Shown here in pieces: positions 1-15,846 of a DNA stretch of 64,000 bases. The DNA comes from Utricularia gibba (lineage: Eukaryota > Plantae > Magnoliophyta). A model generated the notes under the pieces. It searched no databases. It was not told where the DNA came from and saw only the letters and a list, made by a program, of their open reading frames with translations. Each line of letters opens with the position of its first letter. Within the stretch, counting starts at the first letter, position 1. The stretch lies in contig NEEC01000002.1 in the NCBI GenBank assembly GCA_002189035.1, positions 1,054,001 to 1,118,000 on the forward strand, in the 5' to 3' direction. Position numbers and translations under genes: made by a program.

Positions 1-95
1 AGTAATTACACCTTCACATATAAAAAGTGCTAAAAGGCCGGCCTTCTTTATGCTTTATGTCCTCCATACTTTTCTGATCCGCTGGTAGCTTTCAG

Positions 96-386
96 GTGCT
101 GTGGCGGTGCCGTCGTATTGGTTGCGTCGCCGACGCCGGCAGAGTCACAGGGTTTAGATTCCTTCGCTAACTGTGCCCATTTCCTGCTGTGCTTCCGAAT
201 CCCGATTCGATGAATAGCGTTGCAATGATCGTGTTTAATCTCCGAATTTTCAGGTTCAAATGGGAGAAACTTCAGGAGGCTATAGTGGTGAATCCTGCGG
301 CTCCGATTCCGGAGCATTGTGCTCCTTCGTCCACGGGCAGTGATGGGGTGTTCATCAAGTCAGAGATCGTCCGCTTACATTTGTAA
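96..386 (+). CDS. 3' end (last two exons) of an unidentified gene that begins before the window
   Basis: Acceptor ttcag at 93-95, exon 96-151, GT-AG intron 152-253, exon 254-386. The splice keeps phase and reads VLWRCRRIGCVADAGRVTGFKWEKLQEAIVVNP...VRLHL*. Family not recognised. Confidence 0.45.
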
Positions 387-665
387 GAAACAGATTAGTG
401 TCCATTGTTTTGCTTAGGAGGGGCGAATTCCTTTCTCGAGAGAAGATGCCGAATTAGATCATTCAAGCGGGCTTCAGCTTTGGGAGCCATCTCTAGCTCA
501 ATCATCCCAGTGAAACTCCAATTTATTTCTGGGATGCAGTGTTCATACAATTCAAGTCTGTTTCACGAAATCCAACTTAGATTGGATTAGGTGTAGAATG
601 GAAGAAAGCCCTTTTATCAAAAAAAGACTCCCAAGTTCACTTTCAAATTCCAACACCAGATGAAG

Positions 666-2019
666 TTACTGGGGAAGCACTGCTGTGCATTCGATTTCAA
701 TCCTGGCGTCCATTGGCAGTGCAGCAACCTGAAATGTAGAACGAGCGGGTGCCGGTGCCGGGAAGACTGCAGCACGAAGCGTAGAACAGGGTTCTCTTGT
801 ATTAGAATCAGCATTGAGTAGTTGGAGTAGGATACAGGAAAAATACACTTGAATATTAACCACATGTAAAATGTTTGCAATTATATAGAAACTTACACTT
901 TGCATATATCTCATTAACTTTCTTGAAATCCTTAAGATCAGCCAACCTGCACAGGAACAAAAACATGGTGTCAATTGCGTGCAGGAGGTCCTTTGTCTTA
1001 AAGTACAGCCGGATGCATTCATTTGCGTTCATTTTCCTGTTCCGGTGGATGTAAAAATAGTGAACGTGGAGAAAGACAAAAAAACAAACATGATTGTTGT
1101 CTTGACGACTGAGGAATAGTTGGCACCACTTGCTTCAAGAATCATTCCCATATTCTTGAGTACCTAGCATCAGTCAGCACAAGATGCAGTTGTAAAAAAA
1201 TGAAGCCACCATAAAAACACAGGGAAGAAAATGAAAACCACTACTCAGTTGGTGATCGACTAACTGTACAAACGACTACAAAATATAAATATTTGGATCA
1301 AACGACCATTTCACAGGTTGAGAAGACCTAAGTAAAGATTATAGGATATTCGATGCGTTCATAAACTTTCTTGCCTTATAAGGGGGATTCCAAGAAGAAA
1401 AGGGGAAAACTAGCAAGATTACCTGCTCAGTCTGTTCTTCCACAGTTTCTGCAACAAATTTCCCCGTCTGGAAATGGTAACTTGTAGACATCAGCTATCT
1501 TATCCATGCTTAAGAAGATGACGCAGCAGAAGCATTTAAAGATCACAAACCTCAGGAACAAGCCCAAGAACCCCAGAGACAAATAAAAGATTGTTGGCTT
1601 TGATGGCTTGAGAATAAGGCCCCAATGCCAAGGGAGCCTTGTCTGTCCGAACAGCTTCCTTCACAACTAAATCCATAGTAAAAAAAAAACCATTCAAGTC
1701 TCAAAAAAAAAAAAAAAAAAAACAGATACAAAATTAGGCGCATCACATCCTTCTTATCAAACAATAGTATCGAGCGTGTCTGCATTCTTGTAGCAACGTA
1801 GTTGAAAAAGAAGAAAGAAAACACGAAGCACTGACTAGGGTTGGGGGATGTAGAAATGCCCAAAGATGCGAACGCCGGAGATCGAACTGATCGCAGCAGA
1901 TTACTGCCGACGTAGGAGGCACATCCTATGGCCACCGCAAAAGGTGCCCAACTCCTTAGCTTTCCCCCGTCGACTGCCGAAAGACGGAAGCTCGTCGCAG
2001 CGGAGATCCAGCTTGCCAT
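666..2019 (-). CDS. RIDA: Reactive intermediate/imine deaminase RidA (YjgF/L-PSP family), with organellar transit peptide, 6 exons
   Basis: Spliced exons give ...KAPLALGPYSQAIKANNLLFVSGVLGL..., VLKNMG...VVKTTIMLADLKDFKKVNEIYAK and FPAPAPARSTFQVAALPMDARIEIEC, close to Arabidopsis RidA as recalled. ATG at 2017-2019. Confidence 0.95.
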
Positions 2020-2288
2020 CGGCGACCCCTCGGAGGCTCCACTTTCTTTCTTTGTAATTTTGACAGCCGAAGGCACGACTCTTAATGGGCTTTACCACCA
2101 AACGTTACCATTGTGGCCCAATTGTCAATTTTCCATTTCTGAGCTGGGCCTATGCTGCATATGGTCTATCTAAAAATAATAATTTATTCAAATTTAGATA
2201 AAAATTATGTAATAAAATTATTATTTTTATATATTTTATTCAGTAAATTTAAATAAATTCTTCATGATAAAATTAAAAAAACATTAAT

Positions 2289-3422
2289 TTAATGAAAGTC
2301 ATGGTGTGGCTCGGAGAAATCACAAGACCTACCGACTTTCCCCATCACCACGTCCTTGAGGCCGATGGATTCTCGAGCTGGAGTGCCTCCCGGGTTCATC
2401 CTCCGCTCGGATCCGACCCGCGGCCGCTGCTTTGGCGCGCTACGCGATCTCACCTTCCCCTTGAATGTCTCCGTCTTCGCCATGTAACTGGGGCCCTCGC
2501 TCCCTGTGCTGCACAGGCTCTTGGCTGCCGGCAGCTCGAGTTCGGGTCCCGAGATGCACCGCACGTAGCGACGCCCCGCATCCACCTCCACGATTTTAGG
2601 GTTTCCCTGGAAAACTATGGCTGCTTGGGTGGATGATGGTGCGAGCCTTGTATGCATGTCGTTCACCTGTCAGTTTCGAACAAAAAGGGATGCGTCAGAC
2701 GGGATGGATACCACGGCGTCTCCATCGACAAAACACACAGAATGATTATTTGTAAAAGATTACCGGTGAAACGGAGCTGACTTGCCGTGCCCGAATGGTT
2801 ACTTGAGCTCTTCTGAGAGGTTGCATGCTGCGAAGGGTTGCAGCTGCTTGCTTCCGTACAAGGAAACCTTTCACCAACGCCTGAATCTTGACCAGCTGTC
2901 TCAATGCGTGGAGAGCCTTTCGAGCCTGAAGACAAGGAGCGAAGGGATAAAGGGAAGGAGCTGTGAACCCCAATCGGAAAACACAGCATAAGAATCAATG
3001 AGTGAATGGGGGAAATGGTTTACCAGGAATCCACGGAAACAAGATTGGATCATGACAGCCGCCCACTTCTCCCGTCCCCGATACGTCAGTCTAACTACCG
3101 CAGCCGCCGCCTCCCGGGCAGCCGCGACGGCCGCGTCCGCCGCCGCAGCCGTGGCCGTAGCAACCGCGATAGCGTGTTTGCTCTGCTCGTCATTAGCGCC
3201 ACTATAAAAGCATCTCATCCACTCGGCCTCCTCAGGTGTGATGTTCGCAATGTTGCCGAAGCCGCCGGAGAACCCGAAGCTGCGGCTCCAGGACCCCTTC
3301 TCCCGGTCAGCTGTGAGAACGGTTATATTCGTGGCAGTATCGCTCCTCCTCCTCTTCCTCTTCTTCTTGTTCTTCTTATCTCGGCCGAAGAGTGCTCTGA
3401 GCCACCGTCCCATTACTCCCAT
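2289..3422 (-). CDS. IQ67-domain calmodulin-binding protein (IQD, DUF4005 C-terminus), 3 exons
   Basis: [11 protein letters not shown]-terminus; [13 protein letters not shown]|[37 protein letters not shown]67 domain split by the typical phase-0 intron (donor at 3023); PKIVEVD and [23 protein letters not shown] motifs in the last exon. Confidence 0.92.
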
Positions 3423-5506
3423 TTATTCTTCGTCAAAGTTTGCCGGTGGAGGATGGGGAGAAGCGAGCGGCGAGATGCCAGTGCGCGGTCTTCTTCTATT
3501 CTCTGAAAAGCTGAGCGCGGTTAAAAAACCAGTGAACAAGACACTGTAATAAGTAGCAGCAAAATCCAATATTTACCACCACCACGATACACGAAAGCAG
3601 CATTTTACCGAGAATGCCTACCAAACACACTTCCAAGTGTTACCAGATAATGAGGAAAAAATTCAATTCTGTGCACATAAGAAGGTCCGAGATTTCCCAA
3701 GTCAAGTTTGAAAAATGTGGGACCCTTCCCAAAATGACCATTCGAAAATACCAATTGACAATGCTGCCCCTGAACCAATCATTCTCCAACAACTCATTTC
3801 CCACAAAACCACTTGACTGGTCGTTCTAATTTAATAATTCAGCAATCCATGTTTCAAGTATAAACACCAGTTACATGTTTAGGTTTCGTAAGTTCTATGG
3901 AAAAAAGAACCATCTTTCAACCGCACCCTGTGATTCTCTGCAATGAGTGAACATGTTTTCTGTCTAAGAAAATATGAACTCCTTGTTGTACTAAAAAGAG
4001 GCATATTCAAATTATACACATATATAAGAGGCATAGATTGCCAAAAAAAAAAAGAATAATATGCGAATATGATGCAAAACATACCCGTGATCCTTCGGCT
4101 TCTTTTCCTTCTGTCAGGAAGCGAGACAAGAAAACAAAGGTAGTTCCATTTGACAGGATTTTCACCACTGTATCACCTTGAGTCACAGCACATGATTCGG
4201 GAAAAGCTATGTATCCCCCAAAGGCAAAGAGTCTTGCCTTTTCCCGGCGAGATGTGACTTCTTCTTTCAACGTATGAAGACAAAAACTCAACTTTCCAGC
4301 CATAACCACGACTTTCCTTCTGATCCATAGGTGTAGAAAGATTAGCCATAGAACAACTGCAACAAGAGCCCAAGGCCTATGAGAACTTTTTATCAGTTAA
4401 AAAAGTTACGGTGACTGTGTAGTGGTGAATTGTGGAGGTGATGAATCTCCTACTTTTTGTAAGACTCCGCAAATTGTTTGGTGAATGTGTAGGTAGATAG
4501 CTAGGGACTGTGAAATTAATTAAATGAGTCTATGGTTGCTGCATGCGAATCTCTACCTTCTGTTACGTAGAACATGAAAGGGCTCGTAGGAGCTACATGG
4601 GCATTAAGGAACTCGCCGCATGCGAAGTTTAACATTGCTCTGATGTGTGAATTGCAAAGCAATAAAGGTGTTTAATGAACCTACAGGGGCTAAATAAATC
4701 CCTACTTTGAGTAGCAAGACTAGGTGTTCTGATATAGCTTCTATGCGCTACATCGGCATGAAGGAACCTTTGCCTCCAATTTGAACAGAAAAAAACAAAC
4801 GACCTATAACAGAGCATCTTCTACCAATAAAATAAAAAGGCTAAGCTGATCATTCGAACTCCCGGAAAACAGAGCACCTGACACAAAATCTACAGAAACT
4901 ACAGAGAACTACATGAAACAGCACGCAAGGACATAAACGAAGTTCATATCGGAAAAGAAACAAGAACACCGGATTCAGTAACCTTTCATATTCGTAAACC
5001 TGAGTCCCGATCTTCTACAACACAAATCCGGAATAGCTGCATCAGCGTTCAGCCTTGGCCAAAAAAATCCACGTCCCCCGCCGATGAACACGCAAAGGTT
5101 GAATCCCCTATGCTATTGGCTGCTTTCTTGCCCTAATTAATTCCAGTTTCCCTAATTAGTCTGCCAGTGACCTTATTTTTAAATATTAAAAAAGGAAAAT
5201 TAATTTGGCAAGAGGCGAAAAGCTTTCCCACTTCTCCATCTACACATGCAATGTGGATAATGATGAGTGATTGATAAGCAACGCGACAGCATCATTCCCT
5301 TAAATGCTGCCTGCGACTCCATCCTCACGTTGTCCTGTGAATCTCGAAGCTTTTTCCCACGTTGAAAATTCATCGCCCTCCCCATTTACCACCCACCCAC
5401 CAACCAACGTTGACCCTGCAACGCAAATCCTCTATTATTTCCGCTTACTACGAACCAAGGTTGTTGATTTCTTGTCTGGGTTTTCGTCATATTTGCCGGC
5501 GGTGAG

Positions 5507-7903
<2,397 letters not shown>

Positions 7904-9032
7904 GCACAAGAACTCATCTCAGCTTCCACCCTGGTTCATTTTGTCAATAAGAACTAGGATATTGTGATCGAGTATTTTAATGTTTGTAACCATTTTCAAT
8001 GTCATCTCGGTACATATTTCAGAAAACAGATGGCTCACGAGTAAGTGGCAGAGGATAAAAAACGGGGGGAGAAATCAAAGTTTGGAACTTTACCAGCTCA
8101 GGACATAGTTGAGATTCTTCAGAGCTAAGACCCGTGCTTGCGTTCCCAAATCGCCACGTCCATGAGCGTTACAAAGGAGGCTTTTCTGAGAATAGATAAG
8201 ACTTTACATGAAACCACCGTTATCCAAGCAATTGTCACCTGGTTCGCTAATTCGCCGAATTGCCCCTTCCCAGGACCACCCATGTGCTACAACACTCTTC
8301 GTAAATAGCTCAGCAATGGCGTAACCCTAGCTACCACGATTCATCGCCGCCAGCGAAGATCGATAGCGCCGCGAGACAAGCGCCTCGATCTTCCCCCAGA
8401 CACCGGAGCATCGTTTGATGAAAAAACTGAGGGGGGCGGAGTGTATTTCCACGGCGAGGGATGCATCGGAGACGGTCACATCGAAGATCACGCCGCCTCT
8501 TCGAAGACCGGAAATTACGCCGGGGATATCCAGTTGGGGGGCGTTTCAACACCCTTCTTTCGCACGGCTGCAGCGGAGACGATAACCGCGTAACCGGCGG
8601 CGCTGATTCAAACGAGTAACGATTCCGAAATACCCTTGTCCCCTAGAGCAGGATCCGCAATAAAATAATCATCATCCGATGTGGTAAGTTAACATACATG
8701 GCCATTGTTTTCTCATTCACATGTCAAATGGTGTGACATGACATCATGATGTGCTGCATCACAGGCATGCCCATCCCACAATGAGACAAAAACGCGCATA
8801 CACCATCCATCATGTCTTAATTTCCTTAAATAGACACCACAATTTGAATGTACGGGTGCTACCAATTTCCAAACAACTACAATCTTTCTAGAAAAATAAT
8901 AATATTTTAATTTTCATTTTTAATATGATAAAAAAATAAATATTCTGTAAAAAAAAAAAGTTTGGATAACTAGAAAGCATATAGCGTTGAAAATGAATTG
9001 CCTGTGATTCTTCTAACTACCGGCTTCTTGGA

Positions 9033-10141
9033 TCATACATTGACTACGCGGGGGTTAGGTTCCTCCGACGTTGACGTTGAGGTTCCGGCCACGGGCTCGA
9101 CCACCGGCGTGGTTTCAATTTGGAGCGGAAGCGTTCTTCTGCCGGCGGCGCCGAAGCTGGATGTTCGTTGCCCATTCGTATCGGAAACTCTAAGGTAAGG
9201 AGAGATATCTGAAAGCGACCTCTGGTCAGTTGTACTGTGGGAAGAACCCGCGGCCGTCGTAGGACAGCGAAACGGCGGGGGATGATTGATTTCAGAGATC
9301 TGTCTCTTCCTCCTGATATCGAATATGGATTCGCCGTTGCCGCTTTCTACTCTGGCGCTGGAAACGTCGGTCATCATTTCGGAGATGAGAAGGATGAGGT
9401 CCGGGGAGCTCATGCTACTCCAGCGGCCGTTAATTGGCGGCTGCGCTACGACGATTTCGTGATTGAATTTATGCAGGTTATTTCCATCGCCTCCTTCGTC
9501 GGGACCGACGGCGAGGCAGAGAGCCGCGTCTTCCTTGGTATCTTCCATCCCTGACCTCGAAGACCAATCGAGACTCTCCTCCCGTCGCACGTACAAATCC
9601 GAATCCTCAGATTGAAATTGGAAGCTTCTGGAAGACGGCGCAAGAAGCAGATCATCCGCCGTAACTCTCCGGCGACAGAGCGGGCAACTAGAGTGCTTCT
9701 CAAGCCAACTGTCGATACATTCGACGTGAAACGCGTGCTTACATTTCGGCAGGAGTCGAAGAATCTCATCATCCTCGTATTTCGCAAGACAAACAGGGCA
9801 CTCCAGCCCTCCCTTGGCACCTTTCAGGGCCTCAAATCGGAAAAACGGCAGCGATTCCACCACGCTCTTATCGACACCAGACGACCGCCGCCACGATCGT
9901 AGGAAACCGCCGTCGTGGAGCTGGTTCCCCCGCGGCGCACCCTGCTTGGTCGGTGACATAGTTTCGCGTAGAGAAGAAGCACGAAGGTGATCGAGAACAT
10001 AACAGACAACATCGCTATGACGAAGGCGAGCGTGGGCTGGAATCCGGCCATGGGATCCGGCGACGACCCTGGATTCTGAGAACGAACATCCCCGGGGAGG
10101 AGGAGGCAGAGCACCAAGACAAGGAAAGGTACCATTGCCAT
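9033..10141 (-). CDS. ATL42: ATL-family RING-H2 E3 ligase (ATL42-like), intronless, interrupted by a 1-nt frameshift near 9927-9931
   Basis: Signal peptide and TM helix (FQPTLAFVIAMLSVMFSITFVLLLYAKLCH) are in ORF 9824-10141. The GLD-like SGVDKSVVESLPFFRFEALKG motif and RING-H2 CPVCLAKYEDDEILRLLPKCKHAFHVECIDSWLEKHSSCPLC are in the other frame (ORF 9033-10247). Confidence 0.85.
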
Positions 10142-10863
10142 CGATCTCCCTCGTTAAAACTGACACATAACTGGCGCTTTTAAAATAGATAACACACTTG
10201 ATCTTACCCAAAACCCCCAGAAAGGTATGTGCTTTTAAAATAGACATTGATATTCATCATCCATTAAAACAAAAAATAAATAAAAAATGAAATTCCAACT
10301 CTTCCCCCAATTTAAATAAATTACATAAATTAAAATAAAATAAACTCAGGGCCAGTTTGGTGATTTCACGTCGGGAATGGAAGACCGTTGACTTCCCATG
10401 CAGTCGATGTATATATGTTGACTTGGTAATTAAATATTAACAAATTATTATTATTATTTTATTATAGGTTATCAACTGAATTATTATGATGTTGAGTTCA
10501 ATCGATTTTCTTTTTTTAGTATATTTTAAAAAATAAATAATTATCTAATTTAATATTTTTAAATTTTTTATGAAAATTTATTAATTTTAAGTCAGTGGGT
10601 TGCATAATTAACAATTTTTAAGAAAAAAAAAAGAGAGGATTAGGTCACTAACCCGATGATAATTGTGATTTGACATGCAAAATATGTATTTTTGTAGCCA
10701 GTAGGTTTCTAAACCCGACCGACTGGAATGCACATGCACACGCATTTGCGTCGCATCTCGTGTTGATTTGAATTTCATTTGAGGGCTACGGAGGAAAGCT
10801 CAGGCTGCGGCGTCAATGGCTTCTCAGGCAGGAGAGATCTAACATTACAACACGACTACATTT

Positions 10864-13800
10864 TTACGCGGTGGAAGCGATGGGGCTGCTGCCCAATGAG
10901 CGGCCGGAGACTTTCCTTCTCCTCCTGCGCTTCTGCCGTAGTTTCCAGAAGCTCCAAAGAAGCAACAGGCCTGCAGGCAACACCATTAGCGTTCATGATG
11001 CTGACGGTGGATCAGACCGATCAGAGTGGAACCAGTCACGATGAGGGGATTAGCAACATTCTGCTTACCAAAAGCTGCAATGACGGCAGGGATGACCCAA
11101 TGGCTGGCCACTAATTCAGGTGCATCCAGCTGCATGGGAGAAGATAGCACGAACCGGCGTTATCCTTCTTTTATGAGGGATTCAAAGGAAAGGAGTAAAC
11201 CTGGCGCTTACGTCTTCTCCGTAGAAGTACCCCAAGAACCTGCTTCCAGAAGAATGTGTTCCACCATTTGCACCGGAAACCTCGAATTTGTAAGAAGCAG
11301 TGGTGAAGGAGAGGTTTGTGCCGGCGTCGAAGTCGAAGGCGGGGTAACCGGGAAGTCTGCGCTGCCTTCCTCGGACGTGCAGGTTGTATCCCTTCGTCCC
11401 CCAGACTTCAAATCTAGAGTCAGTCCCGCACACCAACTCTTTACCCACGACTGAGGAGTAAGTGGAGAAATTCACATCTGTTCTGCGGGATGGCAGTTGC
11501 CTGATATCAACGTGCAAAGACTTGTCTAGTTTGGTGCTGTCTGAGAAGAGTGAAGGGTCCTTTCGCTTCTTTGCAGTGAAGTCTAATATCTTCTTTAGCA
11601 GCCAGTAGCAATTAGAAACCATGTGACTGCTGTCCAAGCAGTTGGAGTCTCCATAGACAGCTATCCTTCCTCCACCAATCTCAAGAAGGCCAAGAATAGG
11701 AGAATCAGCCTGCACAGATTCAACCAGCAAATCACAAAAAGGAATAGTTTCTGTATTCAGGGGAAGCAGGGACTGAAACAGGCTTAAAGCCAGAAGCAAC
11801 TTACTTTATTCATACCAGACAGGAGGAGATTTTGGGTGGCACCATTCTCTGAGCTATCCAAGAAAGGGAACCTGTGTAAGAATCCTCCTTGTGGGAACCT
11901 CACAATGTCAGTTCCTGATGCATATCGACTCTGCTCCCCATTAATAAGAAAATCTCCATTCAAAATTTTGTCCCCAAAAGAAACACCAAATGGTGCCAAA
12001 AGATCATTCAATGCAGGAACATTAGCACCGCCGGTGACAGGCGTCCACCAGCTTCGTGTGTTATCATCAAAAAACTTCATTTTCATCATGGAATTCACAT
12101 TATACCAATCAGCAAACACAGCAATACCCAGTCCATTGTTAAGGACATCTTGTTTCACCTTTTCTATTTCCTCATCAAAGTATTCGTCTTCAAGATCCAC
12201 TAGTAAGAGTGTTCCATATCGGTTAGCATCAAAGCAGGTGAAGGGAGAACCCAGAGTTTCAATGTAGTAACCAGCATCCCTCAGCATGTTAAACATTATG
12301 TGAAAATTTGTATGCAAGTGATCTCCATGCCAATCCAGAATGTCATTCCTAACATCCAAGGAATCTCGGGGGATATAACCAGGCGGGTATTTGATATTGT
12401 GAAATTGATCCCATAGTATTCTCAAAGACCTTTCAGGAGTAGGAACAACTTTTATCTTCAAGAGAAGAACGCAGGTACTCCTTCGAGGTTTTTTCTCTCC
12501 TAGTGCTGCAGGACTGTATACGGTGACAGTTACATTGCCTTCAATATCACCAGAGAATTGAGCCCCTTCCTCTTTGACTTGCATGTGAAGAGCTAGATAG
12601 CCTGTCCATGGCCAAATAACATCTGAGTATGTGAAGCGAATACTGAGAATATTGCCTTCCTCACCAGAAGGATTCCACATGGGAGGACTTTCAATATAAC
12701 CAATGACGCCCATTCCATTCAGAATGGTAACATTGAAAATCACAGGCATTGCCCCAGCATACAGTGGCTGTCGGCAAAAAGGCCAGGAATATGGACAATC
12801 TGTATAATCTAGTCTACCCGGAAATATGCTTGCTCGTGGTTCATAGCTCTTCAAAATCTCAAATGATTGCATTCTGATATTATTATCGCAAATCAGACTC
12901 AAGGAGCAAAAATTATCATAGTGAAAAAAAAAAAAAAAACTGAGGAATACTCACAGGTCAACCTTGCCTGCTCCTTGCTCATACATGTTTGGGCCAGAAA
13001 GCTTTGAAGCGCCTTCAACTAGTGCTTGTTTCATGCTTCCCGGATTGAAAACTTCCTTTCTTTTGTTTTCAGGTAGAACACTAACAAGAAGACAAACAAT
13101 GCCAGCGACAACAGGACTAGCCACACTGGTGCCTGATAAACTTTTACAGCCTGTACTGATCTTGGATCCCATGATCTCACGACCATAAGCAACAACATCA
13201 GGCTTCACACGACCATAACTGTTGAATGAAGCAACAGAAGTCTTATACATTATCTGAAGCAATGCAAGAAAGTCCTAGCTTTTATGAACTTTCTCTCAGA
13301 TGATTACTTGAACAGACATTACTCCTTCAAACACCCAGAGCACAAACTTAAGTTTTTGATGACCAAGGCATAGGTGATCATTTGCAAATTCAGTAAAGAA
13401 AGTACGCTCTGCATAACGAAGATTACCCATGGGGGATCTCCCAGGTACTCATGCCACGTGATGAAAATGATGCTATGTGGTCATTGTAGTCAATGCCTCC
13501 AACACCAATAATGTCACTTTGGTCGGCAGGATTGTTCAGTGTTCCATAAAGTGGTCCATCGTTCCCAATAGCAGAAACCATAATTACATTATTTGCAGTA
13601 ATTTCCCAAACCTAGAAAAGGAGCATCAAAGCAACATGAAAGTTATTGGTTTGACGTTATGTTTCACTCAGGACATCAATACAATCAGGGGATATAAACA
13701 TATGCAAATTTGTACGAAATGTTATTTCATTCAGAAATACAATTTTCATCACTCCCATCCATACCAGCACCAGATCATTTTTAAATGTGTCAAAAATAAT

Positions 13801-15846
13801 AGGCTAAAAGAATCCCCGGTGAACAAAAGACATGCAGCAGGCTAATGAATAGAAAAGACTGCACATTTATTTGGTTGCTCAGATGTTTTTGGAGATTTTT
13901 GAGGCATGCATAAATGATCCCCAAATATGCTGTGGATGCTCTATGAAAGGAAATACTTTGTTCCAGATTTACATGTTTTCTTAAAAAAGAAACCATCCAT
14001 AATCTCAGTTTATTTATTTACACAACCAAAATTCTGCACTCACAGACATAGGTCGAGAGAATACTGGAATTAAAGACTTACCTTTTCGACAAAAGGGAGA
14101 TCTAAATAATCAGGTCCACCAATGCTCAAGTTCAATACGTCCATCTTGGTAGCAATAGCATAGTTGAATGCATCAAGAAACCATGAGGTGTACGAAACCT
14201 GTAGAGTGCTTAAAAGAGGTTTCTCATAAGCTTCGTCTATAATTTGTAGTGTTATTTAAAAAACTCAGAAGAACATGAAACAATATGACAGGGGAAACTT
14301 AGACACACCACAACTACTATTTCCGAGCAAAAAAAAAAATAAAAAAATAAAAACGCTACAAAAAAACTGGGAATCAATTTATGCACCAGAAGTAGAACTT
14401 TGATGGAAATTGTTTGCACAAAGTATATAGAAGCGCATTATACTACAGATGAACCAAGACTGATGGTGGAAAAAGCTTCAACTGATTCTAGTTTTGAAGC
14501 CATAAAAAATTTTATGCGTCACGCATGCCAGTCTTAGACTGGGCATTTCATAGAAATAGACAGGGCAATGCTAGTTCACGGAATCAGTGACTCATTCCAA
14601 GGCCTGGTGAATGAAATTTAAATAGTTAAATCAAAGAAAAAAACCACATACTTGGGCCTTAACTCCAGTTCTACCTAAACACTATCATCATCCAACCAAA
14701 TATCGTGTAACAGAGAAATAAGCATTACCTGTGCATCAGTAAAGACTCTGAATGCATAAATCTCCGCATCAGGAGCAAAGCCAAGACACTCTGGATCTTG
14801 ACCTGCAACTACACCAGCAACAAATGTCCCATGACCGAGATTGTCACTTAAAGTGTCCTCATTGGTCCAATTAGTCCTCTCCTGAAATTGTGATACCATG
14901 GTATCATAACCTAAGGAATCATCAAGAAAACTTTTAACTTAACGGAGGGGAACCTTGATATTTCGGAAATGTGGGTGATTTTCACGAATCCCTGTGTCGA
15001 AAATAGCCATCTTTACTTTTGCGCCAGTATATCCCTTGGACCACAAAGCATCTGCTCCAAACAAGGAAGTAACTTGAGATCTCTGCAACATTAGACCAAG
15101 AAAAGACATTTAGACGATGGACCCAGATATAAGCGATCGAGAGAACTCATGAATAGAAGTCTGCGAAATATCGATTCAAGCATGCCATATAGAGAACTTG
15201 CATTCAGACGGCGTGATACAAAATAGGGAAGAAAATGCAAAGCAGGAAAAGCATCCAGAAGTACAGTTCTGAAAAACTTTACCTGCATCATCAGCTTCCT
15301 CCTCAAGTCAATTTGGACACCACTGGTATTTCCCACTGCATTTTCTTCACTAAACGACATTGCAGTGAAGATCTTACCCGGCCTCTTTTTTCCATCAGCA
15401 AACGCCCCAGCAGAATTCTCCCCCAAAACCACCCTTTGGTAACTCAAATCCAACGAAACATCCTTCACAAGCTCCAATTTCTCAAATTTACCGACCAAAG
15501 TCTCCCTGATACAGTCTTCGATTGCTACTAGTGCAAAATCCGTCGGAAACTTCATCGCTGGATTGTGCCTCTCGATCCATTTCCAGCCTCCCGAGTTAAT
15601 ATTCCGCTCAAGATAGCCCCTAAGATCCTCAACTTCCTTGTACTGAAAAAATCGGATAATGTGATTCCTAAATATCGGGACTTTCTCCTCCACAATCGAA
15701 GAATTTAGAACAGCGGACGAAAGAAAATGGCGGATAATACACGAAGAGATAATGGAAATTAAGAAGAAGAAGAAGACGGCGGTCGGTGACGTAAGGCGGT
15801 GGATCATGGCGATCGACCCCTCATCGGAGAAGGCGCATCGAGCCAA
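10864..15846 (-). CDS. SBT6.1: Subtilisin-like site-1 protease (membrane-bound transcription factor peptidase S1P)
   Basis: Catalytic motifs [22 protein letters not shown] and [11 protein letters not shown]; RRKL/KIFT pro-domain processing sites; C-terminal TM and basic tail ([15 protein letters not shown]). Stop TAA at 10864-10866. The start may instead be the second ATG at 15807. Confidence 0.96.

Noticed and set aside
4400-4800. Possible snoRNA or miRNA: GTGATGA at 4438, several hairpins, and a 12-nt match to 5.8S rRNA (GTGTGAATTGCA)
   Set aside because: No box D or ACA at the right spacing and no long miRNA-type duplex. Isolated 12-mer rRNA matches are expected many times by chance in 64 kb.
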